DNA of 64,000 nt from Blastocystis sp. Blastoise (lineage: Eukaryota; Protista; Bigyra: Opalinata), in NCBI GenBank assembly GCA_039096225.1, contig JBBPEB010000021.1, forward strand, positions 186,001 to 250,000, in the 5' to 3' direction. The notes under the pieces are model-generated. The model searched no databases and was not told where the DNA came from. It was given only the letters and a program-made list of their open reading frames with translations. A program made the translations under genes and the position numbers. How positions within the stretch are numbered: the stretch's first letter is position 1; the number at the start of each line of letters is the position of its first letter. Below, piece by piece: positions 1 through 19,649 of the stretch.

Positions 1-257
1 AAAAAATAAAAAATAAAAAATAAAAAAAAATAATAATGCTACACTACATAATAGAATGTGATCTATAAAGAATATGAATATAATTGAATAAAAAAAAAAT
101 AAACTATTTGAAAGACAGTAAAGAAATAATAAAGGTATAAAAAGAGTTTGTCATAACTCATGAAATTATAGAGCATAATAATAATTTGAAATAAGAAATA
201 CGGTTTAAAGTAATGCAAAGCTATTATCCTATAAAAAAAGTAAAAATTGTAAATAAT

Positions 258-1140
258 TTAAACTCGTTCAGGATAAATGCATGAACTAATATTTTCCACA
301 AATGCAGGAGATGAAGCGAAAAAATGATCTTGAAAAACATAACTTGATACTGCCTTCAAAATCACAAATGAAACATATTTTGAAACTTGATCTCTTTCAT
401 AATACATATACTATATATATAATTATTTAAAAATACTAAATAATACATAATTATTGTTATAAACATAAAAACAAATCAACTATGAGAAAAAATGAGAAAA
501 AAATGGCTGAAAATATCTGAAATTTAAATACTAGTTTTCTTTTATTTAACAAAATGACAATTGAATTACTTAAACATTCAGGATCAAAATAAGTATAAGA
601 GTTCTCTAGAAAGACAATATGATAATAAGAATGTTTCATGTAGAGCATAACGTGATTTTCATCGGAAACGTCTACGGAGCAAACATAGTGTTCCAAAGAG
701 AGTTGCTTCTGAATATCAGAGACGATGTTAGGAACATCCTTTAACATCTTGGATATGACCAAAATATTTAAATTCTTAGCACACTGAATAGGGAGTGAAA
801 ACTCGTTAAAGTAAATTGACATTTTTCTAAATGAATAGAAGAGTTGATATATTAAAAAATAGAAAAATGTTGAGATATCTTCTAATAAAAGATAAAGCCC
901 TAACAAATGATATGTTTTAAAAACATGGAGACGTCATCCCAAAATCATTTCTCGATTTTAGAATTTAAAGTTTACCTCTTTTTGATCCCCTTGACAACGT
1001 AGATATTCATGAATAATTTCTATTTTTGTTCTATCTACTAATCTAGAATCGTGAATATTAAAACTATAAAAAGAACTCATAAAATACACAAGTGTATTTT
1101 CTAAACTAGGATTTTCTTCCAGATTCTGAAGTGAAACAAA
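258..1140 (-). CDS. Hypothetical multi-exon protein; 5' end uncertain
   Basis: Coding-like middle exon within ORF 457-906 (KMSIYFNEFSLP...YFDPECL) and a last exon after an ATATAG acceptor (YMYYERDQV...IYPERV*, TAA 258-260). No family recognised. Confidence 0.45.
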
Positions 1141-1822
1141 CTACTAAAAATGAAATTTCTTTTAATTTTTTTTAATTTTTTGATTTTTTTTTATGTATGT
1201 TTTTGAACAAATTTCTATTTTGTAATTCTTCTCAAATCATTTATGAACAGGATATACTATTTTAAATACTTGTTTTATTGCTTCTAGAATACTATTTAAT
1301 TCAAACTCATTATCCTAAAGATAATAACGAATTCCATTATTTTTTTTTTGAGAATAAAGTCATTTAAAAGATATTTTTTATACATTATCTATTATATTTA
1401 ATTTCTGTTAAAATAAATGCTATGAAAAAAAAGCATGAATAAAAAATAAAAGTGAATACTCGTTGTTAATCAGACTCATTGCTCATAATCATAAGTATAT
1501 TATATCAATTTCTAGTATTTGAGAGTCATTCAAAATATCTGAATAATTGATTATAAGAAAAAGATACATTTTAGGACAAAATGAAATTCACTTTGTTATT
1601 TGAATATCAATTTTTTTGATATTAAGATTATTGGCTACATATCCCAGATATCTTAGCTAATTTTATTACATAAATTTCTAACAATAAACGCAATAATACT
1701 GATTTTTATTATATATTTTCATTCCATAATTCATATATCAATAATAAAGTATCAGGAAAATATATAATATATCATAAACATATAAATTAAAAGAAACAAA
1801 ACAATTAAATTACAAAAAAACA

Positions 1823-2794
1823 TTATAATAATTCAATTTTATCTACAAGAATATTGAATATTGCAATACTACATTTACCCATACCTTCTGTATCCTTCTG
1901 AATACGCACATAACCATCTTCACCCCAATCAGATCCCCAAGAATTTTTGACAATCCAATACTTTATACCATTTTCTTCACCATATCCTACAGCTAGAACA
2001 GCATGATTCACATTATCATCACATTCAGTTATAATTCCTGATTTATAATGTTGCATAGCTGTTCCATCAAGAATAACAGATACTACAGACTCATTGAGCA
2101 TATTAGCGAGTGATTCTTCACCACCAAAACTAACTTGTTGAGTACTTATAACTTTAACAATCTTCTTACATTGATCAGATGCACATTCATTATCTTTTGC
2201 AGTATATGGATAATCTTTTTCTGAACATAATCCATTATCAGTCACATATTCCATACCATGATCTGTGCAACCTCCTTGACATCCATTGTTATGATAGGGA
2301 GCTATTTTAGAACAATCAATCAACTCTTGTTCTGAAAACTCAATCATTTCATTCTTCTTTTGATAATATGCACTTTCAACAGCTCCAGTCACTGAAAATG
2401 ACCAGCAACTACCACAATCACCTTGATCTTTCACTGGAGAAACGGCACCTTGTTGTCTCCAATCAATAGTTGATGCTAAAGTACCTTTATATACATAAGG
2501 AATAGTTTTCTTCATGTTTAAATAATGTGATCTATCTAAACAACCACAGAATTTTGCTTGAAACTCATCAGGAGTTAAATCTGTGAATTGATTAGCACCT
2601 TCTTTCCAAGATAATTGCTTTGAATTATGATATTCTATATCTCTCATATTTAATGAGAATACTTTTAATCGATATTGATATTCAAGATTTGAATAATTCT
2701 TGGAATGAATGATCAAATAATGATCAAATTCAGTTTGTCGAAGCAAGCTAGCATGTACAACAAGCAAACATATCAAAAAAATAATATATTTCAT
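1823..2794 (-). CDS. Cathepsin L-like papain-family (C1A) cysteine protease, intronless pre-pro-enzyme
   Basis: Signal peptide MKYIIFLICLLVVHAS (ATG 2794), ERFNIN- and GNFD-like prodomain motifs, catalytic QGDCGSCWSF, NHAVLAVGYG and KNSWG. Confidence 0.96.
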   Translation of the reverse strand: MKYIIFLICLLVVHASLLRQTEFDHYLIIHSKNYSNLEYQYRLKVFSLNMRDIEYHNSKQLSWKEGANQFTDLTPDEFQAKFCGCLDRSHYLNMKKTIPYVYKGTLASTIDWRQQGAVSPVKDQGDCGSCWSFSVTGAVESAYYQKKNEMIEFSEQELIDCSKIAPYHNNGCQGGCTDHGMEYVTDNGLCSEKDYPYTAKDNECASDQCKKIVKVISTQQVSFGGEESLANMLNESVVSVILDGTAMQHYKSGIITECDDNVNHAVLAVGYGEENGIKYWIVKNSWGSDWGEDGYVRIQKDTEGMGKCSIAIFNILVDKIELL

Positions 2795-3270
2795 GAATAA
2801 GAACAATATATAAAAGAAAAAAGAATAAAGACAAATAAGTATTCCTTGTGTACAGAGTTGAATTACCCTCCAAAAAGATAACATTGTGTTTTTCGTTATT
2901 TGTGGGGAATCCCTATCTTGAAAGACTTATTTATAATAATTTATTTTCAAGGTAAATTCAATTGTATTCACTATAATTTCATTTTATTTTGTTCAAGTTT
3001 ATACTATAAAGGAGAAACAATGAATAGAACATGAATAATGATTGGTAAGTCCATAAATAGAGATGCAACGTCATAGTTTCTCAGAAATTCAGATTCTATT
3101 TGATGAGATTCAGATAGAATAATCATGTATTGTAATAACTGAAATAATCTGAATATTGAATCACATGATCTCAAATCATATAACGAGGAGATACAATCTC
3201 ACCTCAAAAAAAACAAAGATACAAAAAAAGAAGAAACGTTTTTATATAAAAAATTTATCAAAGTTTAGTA

Positions 3271-7725
<4,455 letters not shown>

Positions 7726-8014
7726 TATATATATATATATATATATATATAGTTTAAAATGCTTTACTTTTATACTAATTAATTGAATACTTTTATTCTC
7801 TTAAACAAATATATATTAATTACTTATAATAATTGAATTAATTATGAATTGTTTAGTATATTAATAAGATATTCTCTAATTTAAACAAAACGATAAAACT
7901 AACGAAAGATGGATATTAAAAGATTATTTACATTTATAGAAATTAAAAAAAAAATAAAACAATATAAAACACTATATGAATACAGTATTTACATTGTTAT
8001 TCAATAAATCATAT

Positions 8015-10008
8015 TTAAATAGAAGAAGCAACTTTAGAAACAAAAAGCCATACAGTTGAACCAACGGTAACAAGTGCTCCTAAACCAATTAAGACTAAAT
8101 CAATAATCATGTCTTTCTTATCCTTATATTTTTCTAATTTAAAATGAATATAAGGAGGTAAAACAAAAGAAACAGCAGAACAAGCGAAACAACCAAGTAA
8201 TTGTATTAAAGAAAATAATATTTATATTAATATTATTATTCATATATTTTATGAATAATTATAGTGAAAATATATAATAATAATAAGTTTAAATATAATA
8301 ATAATAATAATAATATAATAAATATAAAGGATATTAAAAGAGACAATACCTCCAAGGTAGGGTAAGAAGGCGGCCATAATACAGACGGCGGCAAGAGATC
8401 CAGCACGCATAAGTATACGCTTATAATCAGTTACAAAGAACTTAGTTTCATCTATAGATATATATATTAGTCATTCATATAATAAACATAAACATAATAA
8501 TAAACATAAACATAAATATAATAATAATAATAATAATATCATATACTAGAATCAATCCATAATTCAATAGCCTTCATAGCAGGATAAACAGTAATAGGAT
8601 AAGATAACCAACAAACAATAGCAATACAAGCAGAGGAAATATAATAATAAATTGTAGTACATTGAATATTTTGTAGAATCATATCATATATACCAACTAT
8701 TCAAATAGTATATTATATAGTATATTATATAGTATATATATATATACAGGCATCATTAGAAAAGAAAATAATGGCAAAAGCAGCGAAAATAACGTAAAAG
8801 ATGACGCATCCAGCAAGAGATCCACCAAGTACCCAATCAAAATGATTTGTGTTCTTCATGTTATTCTATAAGAATAAATAAAATAAATATAATAATAATA
8901 AATAAAATAAACAGAATAAACATAATATAAACATAATAAATACTCTAGCAGAAGGAGCAATAAAAGCAACACATAAACAGAAACACATAGTACCCCAAAT
9001 AGAAGCATAATTAAATATATTTCCGAAATTAAAAGTAAGTTCATCTACATTGTCCCAACCATAAGTAATATCACCATAACTATTTTAAACATAAGTATAA
9101 GTATAAAAACATAATAAATTATAAATAAATATATATATATATAATAAATAAATATATATATATAATAAATAAAAATATATATATATAATAAATCAAAAAA
9201 ATTTATATAATAAATAAAAAAAATAATAATAACAGAATTTTTCTACATACAAAAAAAAACTATAATATATATATATATACATTAAAACAACAATACAGCT
9301 TACAATGAAGATAGCGCTACCAACAATAGATACAATACTAAGAGAACTATATATAATAATAATAATAATCATCATGAATATATAACAAATAAAAATACGA
9401 AAGACTTCTGAATAAAACAAGAGGAAGAGTAATTACAAAGAAAACACCAGCCCAAAGTTTAGGATCTCTGCCAAGAGTGAAACCAACTTTTTTCCATAAA
9501 TAACCAGATAAAGTTTTTTCAAATGTAATCTAAAACAATAATAAATAGATTAAAAAGCAAATGAAGATAACAGACAATAAATATACAACATAAGTAAGAC
9601 CAGAACCGAATAAAGTAACAACATAAATAGCTCCCATAATGAGAGTACCAAATTTAGGGAATGTTTTATCCATTAAAGTGATCCAAGGATCTTTCTCAGG
9701 ATCAGGACCAAAGAACCAGCTATCGGTTTGGCAAGAAAGAAGACGATGTTGACAAATAGTAATCCATACAACAGCGATTACGCCACAAATAATAGTAGGT
9801 AAAATACCAGCCTAGATATTTATATTCGATAATCATATTTAAATATTGTTATCTAACATACACCGTAAGCAGCAGCAGGAATGGCTAAAACACCAGCTCC
9901 AACACAAACTTTAACGAAATTGGCAATAGTCTAGAGAAGAGTTGTCAATATATATAAATATGTAAATATTATAAATACAGATATATCAGAAGTAGCAGTA
10001 TCCTTCAT
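8015..10008 (-). CDS. Amino acid/auxin permease (AAAP, Aa_trans) family transporter, multi-exon
   Basis: Spliced translation MKDTATSDIS/TIANFVKVCVGAGVLAIPAAAYG/AGILPTIICG...SYPITVYPA...LGCFACSAVSFVLPP...VASSI*; TM1 motif GAGVLAIP and many hydrophobic helices. Confidence 0.88.
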
Positions 10009-10909
10009 GATTAAAAAGAAAATAATATTTGTGTAATGTACCTAACACATCTTAACAACAAAGAAAAATCCCGATTTTTTTGTTTCCAGAAAATGAATGG
10101 TAAAGAATATTTCAAAAAATTCTAAAAGAATCTTTTTTTTATCATTTTCACCTCTTTCTGAGACACTATTAATTGATAAACCAATAAAATATGAAATACA
10201 TATGCATAGAATTATGGGGATCTTTATTGCCACTCAAAAACATGTATTGCGATCTGAAAAATAAATCATACAGGATGAATCAGTCTGAAAAAGAAAAACA
10301 GTGGGGAAAAGCATTTAATTGGTCAAATGGCATTTTAACAGAAATGAGGAAATTATTGATTAAGAAAAAAAGGCGAATAATTCGACGAATAGCGGTTCTT
10401 TGTCTATTCCATGGGTGAAATAGCATATTCCCATGGATATCTAGTCAATAACGAAATCTATGTTTTATTTTTTATCGAATATTTTATTGAAAGATTGTTT
10501 ATTTATTTAAAATACAAGTTATCTATGATGTATGCATGGTTATGTGTAGTATTAGTTCATGGAATTGTTAGTAAGTGTGTGAATGAGTATTTTTGTTCAT
10601 TAACATATAAATTTAAGTGATATTTTTTTTAGAGCTATAAAGAATAACTTCAGTAAGAGCAATAGAATTAGTTTAAGAAATAAAAAAACAAATTAGAATC
10701 GTTGATAGAAAAAGATACATAATAATAAATACTGCCTACATATAGCATCAAATATATTTAAAGAATTAAATAATTATTTCATATTAAATTGATAATTCTA
10801 TAAGAAAAGAAGAAAAAATAGAAAAAGTAAAAAATATTGTGAATAGGAATTTAAAGAAAGAATCTATGTAAGATATAGAAAAAAGAATATTTAAAAATAA
10901 AGAATCATA

Positions 10910-13900
10910 TTATTTTGATTGCATAGTTTCTGCAAGGAATTGTTTTTTAACGTTTAATTTTGGTAAAGAAAGTAATTGTGGTGATGATAAAGAAGAATTA
11001 TTATTATTATTTATATCCTTGGATAATGTTGATATTTGTTGTGAATTATAGTTATTATTCATTATTATTGAAGAAGGTGTTTGTCCTATGGATAGATTGT
11101 TATTAATTTTTTGTAATGAGGGAGTAGAAAGAGAAGGAGATAAAGAAAAATAAGGAGAAGAAGAAGAAAGAGAAGAAGAAGAAATAGTTTCTGCTGACTG
11201 TTCTTGGGATAAAGTGTACATATTCATTATGTTTTCTGTATTAGAAAAAGATGGTTTTAGACAAGAAGACGTTATTTGAATAGTATTATCAAATAAGTTA
11301 TTATTAGTTGAAAGATTCGTAGAATTGATATCATAAATAGTATCTATATTCTTTTGATTCTCTTGAGAAGATGGAATTGAATGAATAGATGATTGAGTAT
11401 GAGAAATAGAAGGAGATATGTGAATATCATTATTTAATGTATTATTTATAGGTATAGATGGTTTCGGAACAAAAATAGGAGAAGAAGAAGATTCAGAAAT
11501 AGGTTTATCACTAGCTTCTATATCTGTATATGTGACTGGAGGAGGAAGAGGAATAGAAGAATGAATAGTAAATGAAGGTGAAGGAGTATTATTATTATGC
11601 TTATTATTATTATATTTATTATCTATAATATCTTTATTATCTATAATATCTTTATTATCTATAATATCTTTATTATTATTAATATTATTACTATCTTTAT
11701 TATTTATAATATCTTTATTATTATTATTATTATTATCTATAATACTATTATTAACAGGAGGAATTCTAAAAGAAGGTGATGGAGTCTGATTTTCATGAAT
11801 AGAAGATTCTTTAGGAATAGAATCTATGTTCTCTGTTTGTTCATTAGGAGATTGAGGAATAGCAGGTAAATGAGAAAGAATATTCGAAATATATTTTGAT
11901 TGAGAAGAATAAATATGATTTTTAATGGATTGTATTGGTGTATTAGAAATAGATTTTGAATCACGTGACAAAGAAGATGCATCAATTGAATCATCCAATG
12001 AAATTTCCATAGGGCTATTCAAATGAGATTTATATAAATATTTATTTTGATTATTATCATTATTATTTGTAGAATTATAAAGTTCATCATTAGTACTTCG
12101 TATCGTTGATAAACGTCCATGCATCAATATATAATGGTCTATAGGATGTTCAAATAATGATTCTGATTCTTCTTCTGTTAAATATAATGAGGGTTCTGAA
12201 GAATTATTTTGATTGGATAAATCTGTTAAGTTTTGAGATGAACGAGTTGTCGAATGGCGTGTCATTGAATGACGAGCATTCGATTCGGTTTGTCTTAATA
12301 TAGTTAAACTATTGGCCCTTCTTCGTTGTGTTGAACAACATTTTGAAGAGAAGAAGATAATACATGCAATGATTACCACTATAATAATTATTAGAATAAG
12401 AAGAGTAGTAGAATTATTGCCTAAAGTCACTTTTACAGGATTATTTCCAGAAAGCAAAGACATATTTGATATTATTTCCGTTGGAATTGAATGATTCTCT
12501 TGGAATAAAAAGGAGGAAGAAGAAAGGATATAAAATTCAGTGGAATTCAGAAATTGTTGAATATCTCTTAAAGAAAGATTATTCATTTCATATAATTGAA
12601 TAGTAAAAAATATATGATTATGAAATAAAGAAATATAGCTGATATTTAATTTTGTAGTATGCATATATGTTTGAAGAGAATTCATCAGGTAATTTTGTAT
12701 ATTAAATATTAAGGAAGAGTGAATCGTATTTAGATAGAGAGAAGATAGAGTATATTGAACATATAACGTATGAAGAGATCCTTTTGATAGATATATATCT
12801 TGAAAATCGTGGTTATTATAACTTTGTTGAGCATTATTATTATTATTGATTAATATGTTATTATGTTGATATGATACGAGAGATTGAGAAGGAGAAGGAA
12901 TGAGTATATATATAGGGTCTGAAGAAGGAATTATTGACTGTTCTTGTACTATATATATAGATATATATGGAGAATATATAGTAATTATAGATAGAGTAAA
13001 AATAATATTCATTATCATATATAGTATAGAGAATATAAATTATATTTATTATCATTATATAGCATAAGAGTATAAATAATGTTTAGATAGTTTAGAGTAT
13101 ATTCGATAAAATTATCTTTCAATATATATATAGTAATATTTTTAAACATACAAGTTTCATAAATAGATAATGAAAAGTGATTTGATGAAAACCACGGGAA
13201 TTGATGTTGTTTATTTGAAACATATAAGGAGAGAACAGAGTAGTTGTCATTCATAATATAATCTTTCAAAGATACTAAGAGTCTAAAGAAGATAAATGAT
13301 TTATGAAAAGAATATAATAGTTATTATAATAGTTATTATGATAGATATATTATAGTTATTATGATAGATATATTATAGTTATTATTATAGATATTATTAT
13401 AGATATATAAGTGATAATATCATTAGAATATTAATATATTAATTATTTACTGAATAGTAATAAATTGTTTATTTGTAAAATATTTAGTTGAGTTTTTTAA
13501 TTGAGGCCTATATATATATGATTATTATAATAAAATAAATATACTATATATGATTCTAATAATAAAATAAATATTATTTATGATTCTAATAATAAAATGA
13601 TTATAACATATATGATTATTATAATAAAATAAATACTATATATATACATAAAATCACTACTACTGCTAATTTGTTTATTATTTATAAACAACGAAAAATT
13701 TCCTGTGAAAGAAATATATATCATTTGATAATTATATTTCAGCATATTATGATTTATTTCAAGTTTATAATAGCGAGGAGAATCAAGAGAATCACGAATA
13801 TTAATTGATTTTATTGTATTCCATTCATTATCATCATAATCCTTTTCAAGTAATGGAATTCCTGAGAAATCTAGTAAATTGATATATTTCCAGCTTGAAG

Positions 13901-14535
13901 ATATATTAATAGGCGAATAAACTATATATATATAGTTATTTATATATATAGTTGAATGTATATATTTTATATATATATATTTATATATAACTATAAATAT
14001 TATTAAGCATATATTCATTCATATATACGTTGAAATGAATAATTAGTTTGATATTGTTTTATATTTGTATTATATTGTTGAGATACTCGAAGAATTAAAA
14101 TTTCATTATCATACAGTTCTATAGAAGAATCTTTAGACCATAAATCATTCTTTCTACATAGATAAACAAATATATATATATATATGATAAATAAATAAAT
14201 ATATATATATATAATTAATAAATATATATATACTTATGTTTTAAAGTCAGTAGATATGTAGAACTCGTATCATTTATATAAATAGTATTTATAGATTCAG
14301 ATCTTAAGTGATTCAAAGCATTTAATGACGAATCAAAGAGTATATTTTGTTCATCATTATTCTTTTGGATACTATAGTATTCGTCATTATTCATCTTCGT
14401 ACTATATTTTATGATGATTAATCTATGTTGTCTTTGTTCCAACTGACCTATAAAATATGAAAAATAATCGAATGAGTGTTAATTACCCAAAATGAATTGA
14501 AATAAAAATAGGAAAACAAATAGTTTCTTTATCAT
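10910..14535 (-). CDS. Hypothetical type-I membrane protein (signal peptide, ectodomain, single TM, long Ser/Asn/Pro-rich tail)
   Basis: MIKKLFVFLFLFQFILG signal peptide at 14535, several GT-AG exons, ~2-kb terminal exon with TM LLILIIIIVVIIACIIFF followed by SSKCCSTQRRR; DIIDNK repeats at ~11620-11720. Confidence 0.7.
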
Positions 14536-15119
14536 TGATTACTAAATGGTATATATAATATAAATAAGTTGATTTAAAGTTCTAATGAAATAAAAGAAAT
14601 AATAATAATGTCATTTTTAGTGTTTCGCTCAGCAAATGAAGTATCTTTAGCACTTTTGTTTTTAGTAAAAAAAATGTTGTCTATTTTTTTTATTTGTTTA
14701 TACGTATAGTTAACATATATGAAACCTGATAGATGTTTGAAGCTGATCTGTACATTGATAGAAGAGAGAAACAATGATTTTTTTTAGAAATCAACTTGTG
14801 AATTATTCAAGAGTTGTTGATTATAATTGCTAAGTAGTAATTATGGTTTATGGAACGTCCATGATTAGTTTACAATATATTATTATCAATGAACTAAGAA
14901 TATTCTATGATATATTTACATTTTAGGGCAATATTCTGTTGTTTTCATTATTATTAAGTTGTGATATTGATGATATAAAGATTAAAAGATAACTAAACTA
15001 TTTTATTTAATAAAAATTGTACATACTCAAACAACAATAATAGAGTTTAAAGAAAATACAAAAAAAAGTGAATTCTTAAAAAGAATTTTATTTTAAATAT
15101 ATATATATATAATTTGTTT

Positions 15120-15840
15120 TTATTCGTGTTTCTTAAGATATTCATCGATACTATCACAACGTTCAATAAGAGTAGGATGACTATATATATATATTTATTT
15201 ATATATATAGAAATAAAGAGAATAATATATATGAATAATAATATAGATAATAAAAAGGAGTATTAAATTTTTTGTTAATAATAAGCATAATAATATTAAG
15301 AATAATAATATATATAACTCTATATATATACTCATAACGAAGTAAACTAACAAGTTTATTAGGTTTTAAGCATGATCCATTATCGATATGTAATTTATAT
15401 AAACCACGTTTTAATTCTACTCCGTAACCTTTTTTACAAGCAAAACGATCTGCAGCGAATTCCATGGCACGTGACATGAAGTTCTCAAAGAATGAAGTTA
15501 AATGATTTAGAACTAACCAAATACACTAGAAAATAAATATTTATATTCATAATAAAATAGTATATATATATATATATATACAGATAAAAAGAGATTAAAA
15601 CCAATTACAACTGGAGTTTCAGAAAAACCAAAACTATATATATATATTATTATGATTATTATACTTTTATTGAATATATATATAAAGTATTATGATTATT
15701 ATTATGATTATTATACTTTTATTGATTATATATAAACTATTATTATGATTATATATATATACCTATGATAGAAATCTTGATTGTGAATGAAGAAGGAGAA
15801 TAAATAGAGAATAACAAAGAAATTCAAAGAATTTGTAAAG

Positions 15841-15871
<31 letters not shown>

Positions 15872-17768
15872 TCATAAGTAATATATATAATGAGTAATAG
15901 AACTATATAGGTATATATATTAATATATATACAATATAAATATGACAATATTTCCAATGACCAAGTTCGTGAGACAAAACGGCTGTCATTTCACGAATAG
16001 ACATCTATATATATAATAATAATAATATATAAATAAATAGAGCAAACATAATCAATAATAATAATAATAAATAATAAATAATAATAAATAATAATAATAA
16101 ATAATAATAAATAATAATAATAAATAATAAATAATAAATAATAAATAATAAATAATAAATAATAAAAACAACAACAAAATTATTCAGAATCTTATTATAT
16201 ATATATACCTTTTCTACAATAGTATCATAAAGAATAATACCGTTATTTCCACATAATCCATAGGCCATTGCATTTCCCTTACTACTTCTCTTACTACCAT
16301 CCATTATATACATCTTTTTACAATTATAATGAGTCTCGCTACATAAAGACTCTAAAGAAGATCTTAAGGCACCTGGCTCTAAAGGAGATAACTTGTTAAA
16401 TAAAGGCATAATAACCACGGGGTAAATGAGATTTATAAATAAAGAAAAAGAAACAAATGCTATCCAGGTATATATATAGAAACTTGAACCAAAGTGCTAT
16501 ATATATTATATATATATATAATAAAATAATTAATGAGGAATAGTATAAAATAATACATTATATAGAACAATATCGATTAATATATCTATATTTATTAATA
16601 AAAATAAATAAATAAATAAATAATATTTAAAAATAATAAAAATATAGATAAAATAATAATAATAATATATATATATACTTGGACTATATAGATAATACCA
16701 GAGTTCATGACTCCAGAAATAATAACTTCAACAAGAATATTCTTTAGAATGTCTGTTACAAAAGTGTAACGTGTTGAACGATTGAAACCATATCTATTTA
16801 TATTGAAAATATACATAATATATATTTGTTATTATAAAAAAATATATAAAAATATATATATATAATTCTTTTATTATAATAACTATATATATATACTTTT
16901 GTTCAATATGAAAAACTTCGTAATATCCCCATGGGAATGAAGTAATTGAACTTAAAATAGTAATAATAAGAGTTAATAAAAAGGAATATATATATTCATT
17001 TTCAGGTAAACCAAATTTCTATATATATAATTATATATAATAAATATAAATAATAATTCTTATTAAACTAATTATAAATATAATAATAAATATAGAATCT
17101 ATATACAACTGTAATTTTCTTGCATAATTCCCAGAAATATACATCAGAACCAATAAATAATAAGAAAAGATCCTGTATAAATGAATATACACTATGAATT
17201 AGCCCAAAACCACTCTTTTCACGGTTATACACTTGATTCTTCTCAAATGAATTCAATATCTTACCTTCTAAACTATCTATATATATATATATTAGTATCA
17301 ATAATTTTAATTTTTAATAAATTATAAATTGATTCTCTTTTCTTATATTTATAATAATAATTATAAAAATGTAATAAAAAATAAATAGATATTCTATTCT
17401 TTCAAATACTAACCATAAATAGAATACTATATTCTCTTACCTTCAGAATCTTTAGTAACATTATTCTCAGCATCAATACTTCTAGCTAAATTCAATACAT
17501 CCTATACAAAAATATATTATATTTCTAATTATGTATATATTATAAATATACTTCAGAAGGACTTTTTTCAAAGAAAACTCTTCTTTCAAGAAAATCAAGA
17601 ATGGTCTCAATAATTTGGCTAAAAATAACATTAGAAAAATATAACAACAACTTTATACATAATAAGGAATCCAAGAACTGTATATTTAAAATAAGGAATG
17701 GGAGATGACTCTACTCCTTCTTGTTTAAAGTATGGAGAATTGTTCCAATCAAACTTGAAATCAAACAT
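15120..17768 (-). CDS. STE24: CAAX prenyl protease 1 (peptidase M48A), multi-exon
   Basis: IPYFKYTVLGFLII...ETILD, YGFNRST, IMPLFNK, MDGSKRSSKGNA, zinc motif HELGHW (~15955-15972), SRAMEFAADRFA, SHPTLIER. Confidence 0.95.
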
Positions 17769-17968
17769 TACTTATTACAAATTTCGTCAAAAAACAAAAT
17801 TTACTTGTATACTACAAGAATAATGAATCAAAAATTCTTTTAGATGAAAATCATTTCTTTAGATTCAGCAGAATTCAGCCACTTCTGAAGTTTATCGTTC
17901 GTTTAGTATCGCTATCGAGCTTCAGTTTTCTTTTTTTTTTGATATTTTTCTCGTATTGAAAGTAAATA

Positions 17969-18217
17969 ATGAGTAACGATCAACAAATCAATGATAATAA
18001 GTCTATGGAGACGTCAATTGCTATGATGAACTCATTCCTCGCTCAAACAACAGACTCGATCAATCAATTAGCTAGCAAATTTGAAGCAAGTTTTGCTAAT
18101 TTATCTGTTGAAGTCGGTAGTATTGAGCAACAACTCTCTATGATGGAAAGAAAATTTCGTGATATTCATGTAGAGGATCAGTCTAAGGAGCAAGCCAATC
18201 CAAATTCTAACGAATAA
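17969..18217 (+). CDS. WASHC3: Short coiled-coil protein resembling the N-terminal domain of WASH complex subunit 3 (CCDC53)
   Basis: Intronless 82-aa ORF; MMNSFLAQTTDSINQLASKFEASFANLSVEVGSIEQQLSMMERKF matches the CCDC53 helix pattern as I recall it. Confidence 0.65.
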   Translation: MSNDQQINDNKSMETSIAMMNSFLAQTTDSINQLASKFEASFANLSVEVGSIEQQLSMMERKFRDIHVEDQSKEQANPNSNE

Positions 18218-18734
18218 ATTAGATTTTAAGAAACATTTAACAAATTTGGTTGCTTTCTTTTCAATAATTAATTTTTATCCTATAATATTATGTAGACCTA
18301 TTCCTATATCTTATAGTATATATGTATATGCATATTTTTTTATTTGCTTATATATCTATATTGTTGTTTTTTTTATTATGTTTATTCGTTCTCATTCTCT
18401 TTTTTTTCTTTATTTGATATAGAATTATGTTTTATTGATTTCAGAATGTTATTTCTATGCATTTCTATATATGTATTCTAGTTTGTCAGAAGCTTTTATT
18501 TCGTTAATGTGAAATTAATTTTTATTTTGAATTTAATTTTGATTTTTTAGTAGTTGTAGCTCATTGTCTAGAATAACAAAGATTAATATTTTTAATTTTG
18601 TCATTCTTTAAGTGATGAATATCAAAAAAGAAATAAAGGAAAATTTCACGAGAAAACAAATTTTTACAGACATTAAACTCAAATAATAATGAATATATAT
18701 TTTTATTGTATGATTATTAAAAAAATAGCTCTAC

Positions 18735-19108
18735 ATGACTGAAACTTATTTGAAAATACAAAGACTACAGGAACAAATATATGAATTACAGAAAACAGCA
18801 GATCTCTTGGAAGATAGAAGAAAGGATATCACCAAGGCCATAGAACATACGAATTCATCAAAGCAAGATAATTATTATTTCTGTAGAGGCACCTATTTTG
18901 TCGAATCAACTCCACAATATATCAAAGAACAATTAGAAAAAGGTATTTTTTATTTTATCCATTTCTTGTGTCATGAATATTGACTCAATTCAATATAAAC
19001 TATTCATTTTTAGAGCTTTCAAATATTAATCAGACTTCAGATACTATTGATAATCAAATGGATAGTCTAAAAGAAGATCTTGATACATTATTTGCATTTA
19101 GAAAATAG
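18735..19108 (+). CDS. Prefoldin-like protein (PDRG1/beta-prefoldin type), two exons
   Basis: Coiled coil, beta-hairpin (NYYFCRGTYFVES), coiled coil; intron ~18942-19013; ends ...LDTLFAFRK* (TAG 19106-19108). Confidence 0.65.
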
Positions 19109-19649
19109 TTATTTCTTTATTTTTGATCTAATTTGATGTTCACTTATCCTATGTTTTCTATTTTTTCTTTTTGTGTACAAACTCTATTTTATTTTTGTTT
19201 TTTTTTGTTATATTTTTTGTTAAATATATTCAATCTTATTGTATTAAATTATAAATAGTATTTTATCAGTCATATTTTTGAAATTTAATTGAATTCTAAT
19301 CATGTTTATATGTTCTAATTAGTATTTAATACTTTTTATTTATTATTCAATTTAGATACGTTTCCACAACGCAATCCATTTCACAAAATATTCATAAATA
19401 ATGATAAATTGAGATAATTACTGTATTTTATCAATTAACTTTGCTCTTATGTAATCTACAAGATATTACACGATATCTTAAATATCATAAGCCATTTTAT
19501 ATCACACAAATCAAATATTTATTCTATATCAAGGGAGCAATTCTTTCAAATAAATCATATAAAGAGTACATTAACGTGTTACTTCAATAGTTTTATTTTC
19601 TTCTGAACTATCGAACAATTCATAAATAAGCAAATCATTTATATTTCAA

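Noticed and set aside
10042-10620. Three short ORFs upstream of the transporter
   Set aside because: No motifs or splice structure; consistent with chance ORFs in promoter DNA.
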